From Gordonia sp. (in: high G+C Gram-positive bacteria) (GTDB lineage: Bacteria > Actinomycetota > Actinomycetes > Mycobacteriales > Mycobacteriaceae), in contig NZ_JASGKN010000001.1 in NCBI RefSeq assembly GCF_047600565.1, positions 221,628-285,627 on the forward strand: a stretch of DNA of 64,000 nt, in the 5' to 3' direction. The translations under genes were made by a program, and so were the position numbers. Position 1 is the first letter of the stretch. Each line of letters begins with the position of its first letter. Of this stretch, positions 1 through 9,421 are shown in pieces. The notes below the pieces were generated by a model. That model ran no database searches. It was not told the DNA's origin and saw nothing but the letters and a program-made list of their open reading frames with translations.

Positions 1-1
1 G

Positions 2-1525
2 ATCAATCAACTGGTCGCGACCACCGAGGGTGAGTCGTATCTGATGTGGCGGCGCCTGAACGCGGTCGCCGACCTCCTCGAACGACGCGCACCGGTCGAT
101 CCAGCAACCGCCAAGGACTCGGTCGAGTTCACCCGCCTGTGCGACCCGCGTACGAAACTGGTCACCAGTATCGCCACCACTTTGGCGGTCAGTACGTATC
201 TGGCGGAGAAGCTGGTGACCGAGGGCGAAGCCCTACGCCACCGCCTGCCGCAGACCGGAGTGTTGTTGCGGGACGGGGTCTTGAGTCCGCGAGCATTCTC
301 TGCGGTGGTGTTCGAAACCACCGCCGTCATCGACCCAGGTCTGATGGTGCAGATCGATCACCGGATCGCCGACGAACTCACCGCCTCCGGCATACGCACC
401 GTGACCGCCGTCGCCGACCTCGCACGCCGGATCGTCGCCGACGTCGATGCCGAAGCAGCCCGGGCAGAGCGGGAAGCAGCCAAGAAGGCGGCCGGGGTGG
501 TGAGCTATCCGACCCGCGGCGGCATGGCGGTCCTGGAAGTCACCGACACCGCAGAACGGATTGCGGTGATGGAAGCGGCGATCACGGCTGCGTCAGCCAA
601 GACCGACGAGACGGACACCCGCAGCAGTGGGCGCCGCCGCGCCGATGCCGCTTACGACCTACTCACCGGTGACGGCACTGGTCCCGGTTCCCGGATCATC
701 GTGAACGTCATCACCGACGGATCCACGCTTGAGGGCGGCGACACACCCGGGCACCTCGACGGCCACGGAACCATCTCCGCCGACCACGTCCGCGACATCG
801 CATCGACGCCCGGCACCGTCGTGCGGCCCCTCGACCTGACGCGGCTGGCTGATCACACTGCGCAGGCGGCGGACCCGTACCGGCCGACCGCCCTGCTGGA
901 CACAGTGGTGCGTGGCTTGTTCGGAACCTGCACCTGGCCGGGTTGTTCACGCCCCGCTCACCGTTGCCAGCTCGATCACGTCACCGAATACAACCACCAG
1001 AACCCCGACACCGGTGGTGCGACGTGTTGGTGCAACCTCAACCCCAAATGCGTGTTCCACCACCAGATCAAAACCTTCGCCGACGGCTTCCTCGACGATC
1101 AGGTCATCGACGCGAACGGCCAGATCTGGACCGAAATCACCACTCCCGAAGGATTCACTACCCGAACCCGGGCACCCAACACCTGGCTACTACCCGGTCT
1201 CGGATTGATTCCGTGCCGGCATGGACCGCCCCAGGATCTCCTTTCGACAGGCTCAAGGAGCGGGTCAACAGACCCAGCGAACGGGACTGCACCGGAACGC
1301 TCCTCGGGCGCGCCGCAACGCTCCTTGAGCCTGTCGAAAGGAGCCGAACCGCAACGCGCCCGAACCCGCACGGAGGCCAAACACGCCTACCGGATGCACC
1401 TGCGTGCCCAGAACCGGCGAGCTCGCTTCGACAGGCTCAACGAGCGGACGAACCAGCTCAACGTGCGAACCGATGAGCAGGCGACGATCCCGGCATTCGC
1501 CGACGACGGTCCACCGCCGTTCTGA
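2..1525 (+). CDS. DUF222 + HNH endonuclease-domain protein (REP13E12-like), 5' end cut by the window edge
   Basis: The frame is open from base 2. The C-terminal Cys/His cluster CTWPGCSRPAHRCQLDHVTEYNHQNPDTGGATCWCNLNPKCVFHHQIKT is an HNH nuclease signature. The longer paralog at 50688-52331 shows the true start lies upstream of the window. Confidence 0.8.
   Translation: MNQLVATTEGESYLMWRRLNAVADLLERRAPVDPATAKDSVEFTRLCDPRTKLVTSIATTLAVSTYLAEKLVTEGEALRHRLPQTGVLLRDGVLSPRAFSAVVFETTAVIDPGLMVQIDHRIADELTASGIRTVTAVADLARRIVADVDAEAARAEREAAKKAAGVVSYPTRGGMAVLEVTDTAERIAVMEAAITAASAKTDETDTRSSGRRRADAAYDLLTGDGTGPGSRIIVNVITDGSTLEGGDTPGHLDGHGTISADHVRDIASTPGTVVRPLDLTRLADHTAQAADPYRPTALLDTVVRGLFGTCTWPGCSRPAHRCQLDHVTEYNHQNPDTGGATCWCNLNPKCVFHHQIKTFADGFLDDQVIDANGQIWTEITTPEGFTTRTRAPNTWLLPGLGLIPCRHGPPQDLLSTGSRSGSTDPANGTAPERSSGAPQRSLSLSKGAEPQRARTRTEAKHAYRMHLRAQNRRARFDRLNERTNQLNVRTDEQATIPAFADDGPPPF
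1238..1343. repeat. Palindromic mini-element (perfect 25-nt inverted repeat, 56-nt spacer) lying in frame inside the HNH gene
   Basis: ctcctttcgacaggctcaaggagcg (1238-1262) has its exact reverse complement cgctccttgagcctgtcgaaaggag at 1319-1343. Related full or half copies occur at 1427-1446, 10567-10585, 35409-35429, 49057-49156 and 52041-52149. Confidence 0.85.
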
Positions 1526-1584
1526 GTCGGTCGGTGGTTCGGCGTGTCGTGGAACCGTGGGCTGTCCGGACGCGTCCAACCGGC

Positions 1585-1857
1585 ATGACCGATCACCTGC
1601 ACCTCGACCTGAGTGAACTCCGGCGGCTTCGGGCCCGGCAGTATGCGGCGGCCGATACGTTGTCCGCCTGCGCCCGGAGCCTGGAACAGAGCCCGCCCTG
1701 GGCGACGGCGGCCGCCCACCGCCGGACCGCGGCGATCGTCCGGCGACGGATGACGGCCATCGCCCGCCGACTCGACGCGTCTGCGGCCGCCGCCGTCGAC
1801 CTCGCCGACCGAAGCGGGGCCCGGGCCGCCCGGCTCGCCGACCTCGACCGCACATGA
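1585..1857 (+). CDS. Hypothetical small helical protein
   Basis: Track ORF 1534-1857. I prefer the internal start MTDHLHLDLSELRRL at 1585. Its stop overlaps the start of the next ORF (ATGA at 1854-1857), which suggests translational coupling. I recognise no family. Confidence 0.4.
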   Translation: MTDHLHLDLSELRRLRARQYAAADTLSACARSLEQSPPWATAAAHRRTAAIVRRRMTAIARRLDASAAAAVDLADRSGARAARLADLDRT

Positions 1858-2402
1858 GCGTCCTCGGAGAGTTCCTGGCCGCCGTCGACCGGTGGCACGA
1901 CCACCTCGGCCCCGACATCGACCTCGATGAACTCGAAGCACCCCATCGGGCCGTCGCCGACCTCGACCTCGAAGCCTTCGGCCGCCACGCCGACCATCTG
2001 CGGGCCACCGCCGACGCACTCGACGACGCCGCCCAGGCCCTCGCCCCCGGTGACCACACCGGCTGGGACGGCGCCGGGGGAGACGGTCTCGCCGACGCCA
2101 CGCGGGCCATCGGCGACGACGTGACCGAACTGCGGGACATCCTCGCCGAACACGCACGCACGACGGCCACCGCCCACGACACCCTCGACCGGATACTGCG
2201 CGACTACCGCGCCGCCATAGCCGACGCCACCGCACCCGTGCCGGCGACCGGCACCGACGCCGTCCGCGCCGAGGTGGCGACCCGGGTGGAACTCGCCACC
2301 GCCGCCGGCACCGCCGCCGCACAGGGCGTCGACGACACGATGACGGCTCTCGCCGACGAGTACCGGAGCGCCGGGGAACTCGTCCTCGCCGGCGAACGCT
2401 GA
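1854..2402 (+). CDS. Hypothetical Ala/Asp-rich helical protein with a central W-x-G motif
   Basis: 182-aa ORF with strong GC3 bias. It contains the motif HTGWDGAGGD flanked by predicted helices and is coupled to the upstream small ORF. Confidence 0.5.
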   Translation: MSVLGEFLAAVDRWHDHLGPDIDLDELEAPHRAVADLDLEAFGRHADHLRATADALDDAAQALAPGDHTGWDGAGGDGLADATRAIGDDVTELRDILAEHARTTATAHDTLDRILRDYRAAIADATAPVPATGTDAVRAEVATRVELATAAGTAAAQGVDDTMTALADEYRSAGELVLAGER

Positions 2403-2445
2403 ACGAGTCCACGACCCTCCGCGCCCGGGGCGATAGGGTGGGACC

Positions 2446-3381
2446 GTGCTCGGGAAGAAGAAGGTCGTGGCCCCGCCGCCCGACCAGCTGTGCAAAGACC
2501 TCGCCCGCCGCGGACCCCACCCGGTCGACCGCGGTGACCTCGGCATCGTCGGCATCCCCGGCTCGGTCTACGCACCGCGGACCGGCACCGGACTGCCCGC
2601 CGTCGCCTTCGGTCATGCGTGGCGCACCGACTCCGCCGCCTACCGCGACCTCATGTATCACCTGGCGTCGTGGGGCATCGTCGTCGCCACCCCCGACTCC
2701 GAACGCGGAATCATGGCCTCCGACATCGAACTCGCCACCGACCTGCGCGCCGCCCTGACCGTCACCCAGAGCGTCTCCCTCGGCGTGCAGACCCCGATCA
2801 CCGTCGACGCCGCGAACGTCGGCCTCGTCGGCCACGGCTTCGGTGCGGCCGCCGCCGTGTACGCCGCCTCCGACCGCGTGCTCCTCGGGCGTCCGCAGAT
2901 CCCGGTCAAAGCCCTCGCCGCGCTGTTCCCGGCACCCACCACCGACGACCTGCTCCCGGCAGCGACCAAAGTCACAGCGCCGTCGCTCGTGCTCGCCGCA
3001 CCGGACCAGCTCGACTCGATGAACGGCAACGCGCTGATCCTGGCCAAGCAGCTCGGCGACGACGTCGTGCTCCGGACCGTTCCCGGATCCACCAACCGCG
3101 GACTGCTCGAACATCGGTCCATCAAGTCGCTGATCGGCGTGAACGGCGCCGAGAAGGCCACCCACAAGACCGTCCGCACCCAGCTGACCGGCTATCTTCT
3201 GGCCACCCTGACCGGCGATCCGACCTATGCGGCATTCGCCGATCCGGAAGCGATCATGCCGTCGGTGACCGCCGTCGACCTCGGCGAAGCGCGCCCCGCC
3301 GATGCCGGACACGTCGCCCAGCTCCTCGGAGTGCCCGCCTACACCGACGACGGGGGCAAGCGTCTGCCCTTCGGCAGGTAA
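2446..3381 (+). CDS. Alpha/beta-hydrolase-fold protein (dienelactone hydrolase/chlorophyllase-like) with a degenerate nucleophile elbow
   Basis: 311-aa ORF. The position of the G-x-S-x-G elbow reads VGHGFGAAAA, with Gly in place of the nucleophile Ser. Confidence 0.6.
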   Translation: MLGKKKVVAPPPDQLCKDLARRGPHPVDRGDLGIVGIPGSVYAPRTGTGLPAVAFGHAWRTDSAAYRDLMYHLASWGIVVATPDSERGIMASDIELATDLRAALTVTQSVSLGVQTPITVDAANVGLVGHGFGAAAAVYAASDRVLLGRPQIPVKALAALFPAPTTDDLLPAATKVTAPSLVLAAPDQLDSMNGNALILAKQLGDDVVLRTVPGSTNRGLLEHRSIKSLIGVNGAEKATHKTVRTQLTGYLLATLTGDPTYAAFADPEAIMPSVTAVDLGEARPADAGHVAQLLGVPAYTDDGGKRLPFGR

Positions 3382-3392
3382 ACTCGACCACC

Positions 3393-5255
3393 ATGTGCGG
3401 AATCGTCGGATACGTGGGGCAGCGCGATGCTCTCGACATCGTCATCGAAGCCCTCAGGCGGATGGAATACCGCGGTTATGACTCTGCGGGTGTCGCCATC
3501 GCCGACGGTCACGGACACATCGCCATCGAGAAGAAGGCCGGTCCGCTGGTCAATCTCGAAAAGCAGATCGCTGAGGTCGGCGCCGACACCCTGAGCGGCA
3601 CCACCGGCATGGGGCACACCCGATGGGCCACCCACGGCCAGCCGACCGACCGCAACGCCCACCCGCACCGCAGCCTGGACGGCAAGGCCGCCGTCGTGCA
3701 CAACGGCATCATCGAGAACTATGCCTCGCTGCGTGCTGAGCTGGAGTCCGACGGCATCGAGTTCGGCTCCGACACCGACACCGAGGCCGCCGTGCACCTC
3801 CTGGAGCGCGAATACACCTCGGGCGCGAACGCCGGTGACTTCGTGGCCAGCGCCTACACGGTGCTGCGCCGGCTCGAAGGCGCGTTCACCGTCGTCTTCA
3901 TGCACGCCGACCATCCGGACACCATCGTCGCCGCCCGCCGTTCCACCCCGCTCGTCGTCGGCGTCGGCAAGAACGAGATGTTCGTGGCCTCCGACGTCAC
4001 CGCATTCATCGAACACACCCGCGACGCCGTCGAGCTCGGGCAGGACGAAGTCGTCGTCATCACCGCCGACAGCTTCGACATCACCGACTTCGACGGCAAC
4101 CCGACCGGCGGCAAGCCGTTCCACATCGACTGGGACCTGGCCGCCGCCGAGAAGGGCGGCTACGACTACTTCATGCTCAAGGAGATCGCCGAGCAGCCCG
4201 AGGCGCTCACCAACACCCTCCTGGGGCATCTCGAAGACGGTCGCATCGTGCTCGACGAGCAGCGACTCTCCGACGAGGACCTCCGCGACGTCGACAAGGT
4301 CTTCGTGGTCGCCTGCGGCACCGCCTACCACGCCGGCCTGATCGCCAAGTATGCGATCGAGCACTGGACCCGCCTGCCCGTCGAGGTCGAGCTGGCCAGC
4401 GAGTTCCGCTACCGCGACCCGGTGCTGGACCGGTCGACGCTGGTCGTGGCCATCAGCCAGTCCGGCGAGACCGCCGACACCCTGGAGGCCGTCCGCCACG
4501 CCAAGGAGCAGAACGCCCGCGTCCTGGCCATCTGCAACACCAACGGTGCACAGATTCCCCGCGAGTCCGACGCTGTGCTGTACACACACGCCGGCCCGGA
4601 GATCGGTGTCGCCTCCACCAAATGCTTCCTGGCGCAGATCGCCGCCGCCTACATGGTGGGACTGGCGCTGGCGCAGGCCGTCGGCACCAAGTACCAGGAC
4701 GAGGTGGTCTCGGAGTTCCACAACCTCGAACAGATGCCGGCCGCTGTCGCCGAAGTCCTCGAGCAGATGGAACCGGTGCGCGACCTGGCCCGGGAGTACG
4801 CGAAGAGCGACACCGTCCTGTTCCTGGGCCGCCACGTCGGCTACCCGGTCGCCCTCGAAGGTGCGCTCAAACTCAAAGAGCTGGCGTACATCCACGCCGA
4901 GGGGTTCGCCGCAGGCGAGCTCAAGCACGGACCGATCGCCCTCATCGACGAGGGCCTGCCGGTGATCGTCATCATGCCGTCGCCGAACGGCCGCGCCCTG
5001 CTGCACTCGAAGATGATCAGCAACATCCGCGAGATCCAGGCCCGTGGTGCCCGCACCATCGTGATCGCCGAGCCGGACGACGACGCCGCCAAGGCGGTCG
5101 CCGACCACTTCATCCCGATCCCGGCCACCCCCACCCTGCTGCAGCCGCTGGTGTCCACCGTGCCGCTGCAGGTGTTCGCCGCGACCGTCGCCCAGGAACG
5201 CGGCTACGACGTCGACAAGCCGCGCAATCTCGCCAAGTCCGTCACCGTCGAGTAG
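3393..5255 (+). CDS. glmS: Glutamine--fructose-6-phosphate aminotransferase
   Basis: Begins MCGIVGYVGQRD (N-terminal Cys glutaminase), carries two SIS domains and ends KPRNLAKSVTVE. The start is the in-frame ATG 3393 of the 878-aa track ORF, whose upstream part is an Arg-rich artefact. Confidence 0.97.
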   Translation: MCGIVGYVGQRDALDIVIEALRRMEYRGYDSAGVAIADGHGHIAIEKKAGPLVNLEKQIAEVGADTLSGTTGMGHTRWATHGQPTDRNAHPHRSLDGKAAVVHNGIIENYASLRAELESDGIEFGSDTDTEAAVHLLEREYTSGANAGDFVASAYTVLRRLEGAFTVVFMHADHPDTIVAARRSTPLVVGVGKNEMFVASDVTAFIEHTRDAVELGQDEVVVITADSFDITDFDGNPTGGKPFHIDWDLAAAEKGGYDYFMLKEIAEQPEALTNTLLGHLEDGRIVLDEQRLSDEDLRDVDKVFVVACGTAYHAGLIAKYAIEHWTRLPVEVELASEFRYRDPVLDRSTLVVAISQSGETADTLEAVRHAKEQNARVLAICNTNGAQIPRESDAVLYTHAGPEIGVASTKCFLAQIAAAYMVGLALAQAVGTKYQDEVVSEFHNLEQMPAAVAEVLEQMEPVRDLAREYAKSDTVLFLGRHVGYPVALEGALKLKELAYIHAEGFAAGELKHGPIALIDEGLPVIVIMPSPNGRALLHSKMISNIREIQARGARTIVIAEPDDDAAKAVADHFIPIPATPTLLQPLVSTVPLQVFAATVAQERGYDVDKPRNLAKSVTVE

Positions 5256-5265
5256 GCGGACCGTC

Positions 5266-6702
5266 GTGACCGGCTACTTCTCGGTCGAGAAGATCCGCGC
5301 GGCCGAGGAGGCCACCGGCGACCTCCTGACCAGCGGTGCGCTCATGGCGCGAGCCGCGAACGGTGTCGCCCGGGTCGCCCTCGGCGAACTCCGGGCACGC
5401 GGAGCCGGGATCTACGGCCGCACCGTCGGTCTGGTGATCGGAGCCGGCAACAACGGCGGCGACGCGCTCTACGCGGGCGCGATCCTGGCCGGCCGCGGCG
5501 TCGCCTGCCATGCGGTGCTGCTCGCCCCGGACAAGACCCACGCCGACGCTCTGGCCGCCTACCGCAGGGCCGGCGGCCGAGTGATCGACGCGTTCACCGC
5601 ACCCCTCGACGTGGTTCTCGACGCCGTCGTCGGCCTCGGCGGCCGCGGGCCGCTGCGACCGGAGGCGGCGCAGGCCTTCGCATCCCGGTGCGCGGCCGAA
5701 GCCACAGTCATCGCCGTCGACCTGCCCTCCGGAATCGACCCCGACACCGGTGTCGTCAGCGACCCATCGGTGCGTGCCGACGTCTCGGTCACCTTCGGCG
5801 AACCGCGCCTCGCACACCTGCTGGCGGCACCGCAGTGCGGCCGCGTCGAGGTCGTCGACCTCGGACTCGACCTGCACGACCCGGACATCACCGTCCCCGA
5901 CGACCGCGAGAACGCCGCCCTGTGGCCGGTGCCCGGCCCCCGCGACGACAAGTACACGCAGGGTGTGGTCGGGATCGTCGCCGGCTCCGCCACCTACCCG
6001 GGTGCCGCACTGCTGGCCACACAGGCCGCCGTGGCGGCCACCTCCGGCATGACCCGCTACGTCGGCCCGGCCGCCCACGACGTGGTGAACCATCGCCCGG
6101 AAGTGGTGGCGGTCGAACGGTTCGACGACGCCGGCCGCGTGCAGGCCTGGGTCGTGGGCCCGGGCCTCGGTGCGGACTCGCGCGCCCACGACCTGGTCGA
6201 GACGGTCCTGCGCAGTGACGTTCCGGTGCTCGTCGACGCCGACGGCCTCACCATCCTCGCGTCACGGCCCGGCCTGCTGCGCGGCCGCACCGCGCCGACC
6301 CTGCTCACCCCGCACGCCGGCGAATTCGCACGACTGGCCGCGGCACCCGTCGGCGACGACCGTCTGTCCGCCGTCCGCGACCTCGCCGCGACCCTGGGCG
6401 CGACAGTCCTCCTCAAAGGCCGCATCACACTGGTCGCCGACCCCGACGGCCGCGTGGCAGGCAACGACGCGGGCGCGTCCTGGGCGGCCACCGCCGGCGC
6501 CGGAGACGTGCTGTCCGGGATCGCCGGATCACTGCTGGCGGCCGGTCTCACACCCCTGACGGCGGGCACCCTCGCGGCCCGCGCCCACGCCGTCGCCGCC
6601 CGGATCGCCAGCGGCCCGGCACCCGGACACCCCATCGGAGCCTCCGATCTGGCCGCCGCGCTGCCGGACGCGATCACGCTCCTGCGACAATCGAGACGAT
6701 GA
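5266..6702 (+). CDS. nnr: Bifunctional NAD(P)H-hydrate repair enzyme (epimerase/dehydratase)
   Basis: YjeF-N motif GAGNNGGDALYAG and C-terminal kinase-fold motif GAGDVLSG. Confidence 0.9.
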   Translation: MTGYFSVEKIRAAEEATGDLLTSGALMARAANGVARVALGELRARGAGIYGRTVGLVIGAGNNGGDALYAGAILAGRGVACHAVLLAPDKTHADALAAYRRAGGRVIDAFTAPLDVVLDAVVGLGGRGPLRPEAAQAFASRCAAEATVIAVDLPSGIDPDTGVVSDPSVRADVSVTFGEPRLAHLLAAPQCGRVEVVDLGLDLHDPDITVPDDRENAALWPVPGPRDDKYTQGVVGIVAGSATYPGAALLATQAAVAATSGMTRYVGPAAHDVVNHRPEVVAVERFDDAGRVQAWVVGPGLGADSRAHDLVETVLRSDVPVLVDADGLTILASRPGLLRGRTAPTLLTPHAGEFARLAAAPVGDDRLSAVRDLAATLGATVLLKGRITLVADPDGRVAGNDAGASWAATAGAGDVLSGIAGSLLAAGLTPLTAGTLAARAHAVAARIASGPAPGHPIGASDLAAALPDAITLLRQSRR

Positions 6703-7844
6703 CCACCGACCACGCAGCGCTCACCGCGACCGTCGACCTCGACGCCATCACCCGCAACGCCCGGGTGATCGCCGAGCGTTCCGGCGTGCCGCTGATCGCC
6801 GTGGTCAAGGCCGACGGCTACGGCCACGGAGCCCTGCCGGCGGCACGAGCCGCGCTCGCCGGCGGCGCCACGGAGGTGGGCGTCGCCCACATCTCGGAGG
6901 CGCGCGCCCTGCGGGCCGCCGGACTCACCGAACACCTCACCGCCTGGTTGCACACGCCCGATGCCGACTTCGCGGGCGCGATCGCCGACGACATCGACAT
7001 CGCCGTCTCCTCGCCGCGGCAACTGGCCGCCGTGGTCGCCGCCGCCCGGGAGGCCGGAACCACCGCGACGGTCACTGCCAAGGTCGACACCGGATTGGGG
7101 CGCAGCGGGATCGCCTACGACGAGTGGGACGACACGGCCCGGGCGATCGCCGCCGCCCAGGCGGAAGGCGCGATCGACCTGCGCGCGGCGATGTGCCATC
7201 TCGCATTCGGCGACGAACCCGACAATCCGATGAACTCGCAGCAGGCCGCGAACCTGGACCGTGCGGTCGATGACCTTCGCGGCCTCGGCGTGACACCGCA
7301 GGTCACCCACATCGCGAATTCGCCGGCAGCCCTCACCCGGCCCGACCTCGCACGGGATCTGGTGCGCCCGGGCATCGCGCTGTACGGCTGCTCGCCGATC
7401 CGCGGCCGGGACTTCGGCCTCACCCCCGCCATGACGCTGAGTGCCGAGATCGCACTGGTCAAGAAGATTCCCTCCGGACAGGGCGTCTCCTACAGTCACC
7501 AGTGGATCGCCCCGCGCGACACGACCGTCGCCGTGGTGCCGTCCGGCTACGCCGACGGTGTTCCGCGGCTGCTGTCCGGCCGGCTCGAGGTGGTCGTCAA
7601 CGGGCGCCGTTTCGCGGGCGTCGGCCGCATCTGCATGGACCAGTTCGTGATCGACCTGGGCCCCGACGGCGGCGGCGTCGCCGAAGGCGACCGCGCCTAC
7701 CTGTTCGGTGCCACCCCCGACGGGTCCACACCGATTCCGGTCGCCGACGACTGGGCCGACGCGATCGGCACCATCGACTACGAGATCGTCACCGGGGTGC
7801 GCGGCCGCACCGTCCGGCGCTATGTGGGGCACGGAGATGGCTGA
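6699..7844 (+). CDS. alr: Alanine racemase
   Basis: PLP-lysine motif AVVKADGYGHG and typical C-terminus IGTIDYEIVTG. The start overlaps the nnr stop. Confidence 0.95.
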   Translation: MTTDHAALTATVDLDAITRNARVIAERSGVPLIAVVKADGYGHGALPAARAALAGGATEVGVAHISEARALRAAGLTEHLTAWLHTPDADFAGAIADDIDIAVSSPRQLAAVVAAAREAGTTATVTAKVDTGLGRSGIAYDEWDDTARAIAAAQAEGAIDLRAAMCHLAFGDEPDNPMNSQQAANLDRAVDDLRGLGVTPQVTHIANSPAALTRPDLARDLVRPGIALYGCSPIRGRDFGLTPAMTLSAEIALVKKIPSGQGVSYSHQWIAPRDTTVAVVPSGYADGVPRLLSGRLEVVVNGRRFAGVGRICMDQFVIDLGPDGGGVAEGDRAYLFGATPDGSTPIPVADDWADAIGTIDYEIVTGVRGRTVRRYVGHGDG

Positions 7845-8985
7845 GCGTCGCACGCGCCGATCGGTGCGTTCGGGGTTGAGTCAGGTCGGCGCACTCGGCG
7901 CCACCACCGCCGGCACCCTGCGTAAGCGCCGCCGATCCAAGAAGACCGGTCAGGGCGGCCAGGATCCGTGGGCCGACGAAGACTTCACCCGGATCTACTC
8001 CGACGAGGCCTCCACCGTCATCGCCGACGACGGCGTCGGTCTGGCCGTCCGCACCGTGGTGACCGGCGACCGCAAGTCGGAGACGGCCCCGGAACTCACC
8101 GTGATCTTCGTGCACGGCTTCACCCTGCGGATGGCGTCCTGGCACTTCCAGCGGTACGGGCTGGCCCAGCGGTGGGCCGACCGCCGCATCCGGATGGTCT
8201 TCTACGACCAGCGCGGACACGGCCGCAGCGACCCGGCCACCCGCGCCGGCTGCACCATCCACCAGACCGCCGAAGATCTGGCCGCCGTCATGCGTGCCGT
8301 CGCACCGACCGGACCGGTGGTCCTGGTCGGTCATTCGATGGGCGGCATGACCATCATGCGGCTGGCCCGCAACCATCCGACCCTGTTCGGCTACCGGGGC
8401 CGCATCACCGGTGTCGCCCTCGTCTCCACCGCGCTGCGCGGCATCACCGAGGCCGGCCTCGGCGAGGGGCTGAACAATCCGGTGGTCGACGCCCTGCGCG
8501 TCTCCGTCCGCTACATCCCGGGACTCGTGCAGGCCGGCCGCGGCGTCACCCGGCAGGCGGTGCAGCCGGTGCTGGTCGCCGCCAGCTTCGGTCCGGACTA
8601 CTACAGTCCCGCCACCGAATCGGCGGTCGAGAAGATGATCCAGAACACCTCGATCGCCACCATGGTCAACTTCCTGAAAGCCCTGGAGAGTCACGACGAG
8701 TCGACGTCGGTGCCGGTCCTGGCACAGGTGCCGTCGTCGGTGATGTGCGGCGATCAGGACCGTCTCACCCCGCTGCCCAACTCGGTGCGCATGTACTCCG
8801 AGCTCGGCGAGGACTCGCGTCTGGTGATCGGGGAGGGCTGCGGCCACATGCTGCCGATGGAGTTCCCCGACCTCGTCAACGACGCCATCGTGAACCTCGT
8901 CGACCGTTCGCGACTGGCCCGCAACCGTCCCACCATGCGGTGGTACGGCAACCGGGAGGAGGCGGCGCATGGTGACGCGCACTGA
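7837..8985 (+). CDS. Alpha/beta hydrolase
   Basis: Nucleophile elbow VGHSMGG and oxyanion region VHGFTL. ATG 7837 overlaps the alr stop. The upstream part of track ORF 7708-8985 is out of context. Confidence 0.8.
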   Translation: MAERRTRRSVRSGLSQVGALGATTAGTLRKRRRSKKTGQGGQDPWADEDFTRIYSDEASTVIADDGVGLAVRTVVTGDRKSETAPELTVIFVHGFTLRMASWHFQRYGLAQRWADRRIRMVFYDQRGHGRSDPATRAGCTIHQTAEDLAAVMRAVAPTGPVVLVGHSMGGMTIMRLARNHPTLFGYRGRITGVALVSTALRGITEAGLGEGLNNPVVDALRVSVRYIPGLVQAGRGVTRQAVQPVLVAASFGPDYYSPATESAVEKMIQNTSIATMVNFLKALESHDESTSVPVLAQVPSSVMCGDQDRLTPLPNSVRMYSELGEDSRLVIGEGCGHMLPMEFPDLVNDAIVNLVDRSRLARNRPTMRWYGNREEAAHGDAH

Positions 8986-9421
8986 CGCCGGATCCCGCGA
9001 GTTGCCGACCGTCGCCGACACCGAGGCCTTCGGCGCGGAACTGGCCGGCATCCTGCGGGCCGGCGACCTGGTGATCCTCGATGGACCGCTGGGAGCCGGC
9101 AAGACGGCGCTGACCCGCGGCATCGCGGCCGGCCTCGGCGTGCAAGGCCGCGTCTCGTCGCCGACGTTCATCATCGCCCGCCAGCATCGGCCGGGGGAGG
9201 CCGGCGGCCCGGGCCTCGTGCACGTCGACGCCTACCGGCTCAGCGGGCTCGACGACCTCGACGCGCTGGACCTCGACACCGATCTCGACGACGCCGTCGT
9301 CGTCGTCGAATGGGGGGAAGGTGTGGCCGAACAGCTCGTCGACGAATATCTGCTGGTGCGTCTGCGCCGCGACGACGACTCGGAGGTGCGTCGGGTGACC
9401 TGGGAATGGGAGCGCCGATGA
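8969..9421 (+). CDS. tsaE: tRNA t6A37 biosynthesis ATPase TsaE
   Basis: P-loop GPLGAGKTALTRGIA and the motif VVVEWGE. Confidence 0.9.
   Translation: MVTRTDAGSRELPTVADTEAFGAELAGILRAGDLVILDGPLGAGKTALTRGIAAGLGVQGRVSSPTFIIARQHRPGEAGGPGLVHVDAYRLSGLDDLDALDLDTDLDDAVVVVEWGEGVAEQLVDEYLLVRLRRDDDSEVRRVTWEWERR

Noticed and set aside
1387-3312. 641-aa minus-strand ORF overlapping the small helical proteins and the hydrolase-fold gene
   Set aside because: It is extremely Arg-rich with no recognisable motifs, and it is antisense to ORFs with proper GC3 bias.
2619-3392. 258-codon N-terminal extension of glmS in the track ORF
   Set aside because: GlmS must begin with Met-Cys, the catalytic N-terminal Cys. 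The extension is Arg-rich and overlaps the upstream hydrolase-fold gene in another frame.
6057-7853. 598-aa minus-strand ORF
   Set aside because: It is antisense to nnr and alr, which both carry diagnostic motifs.
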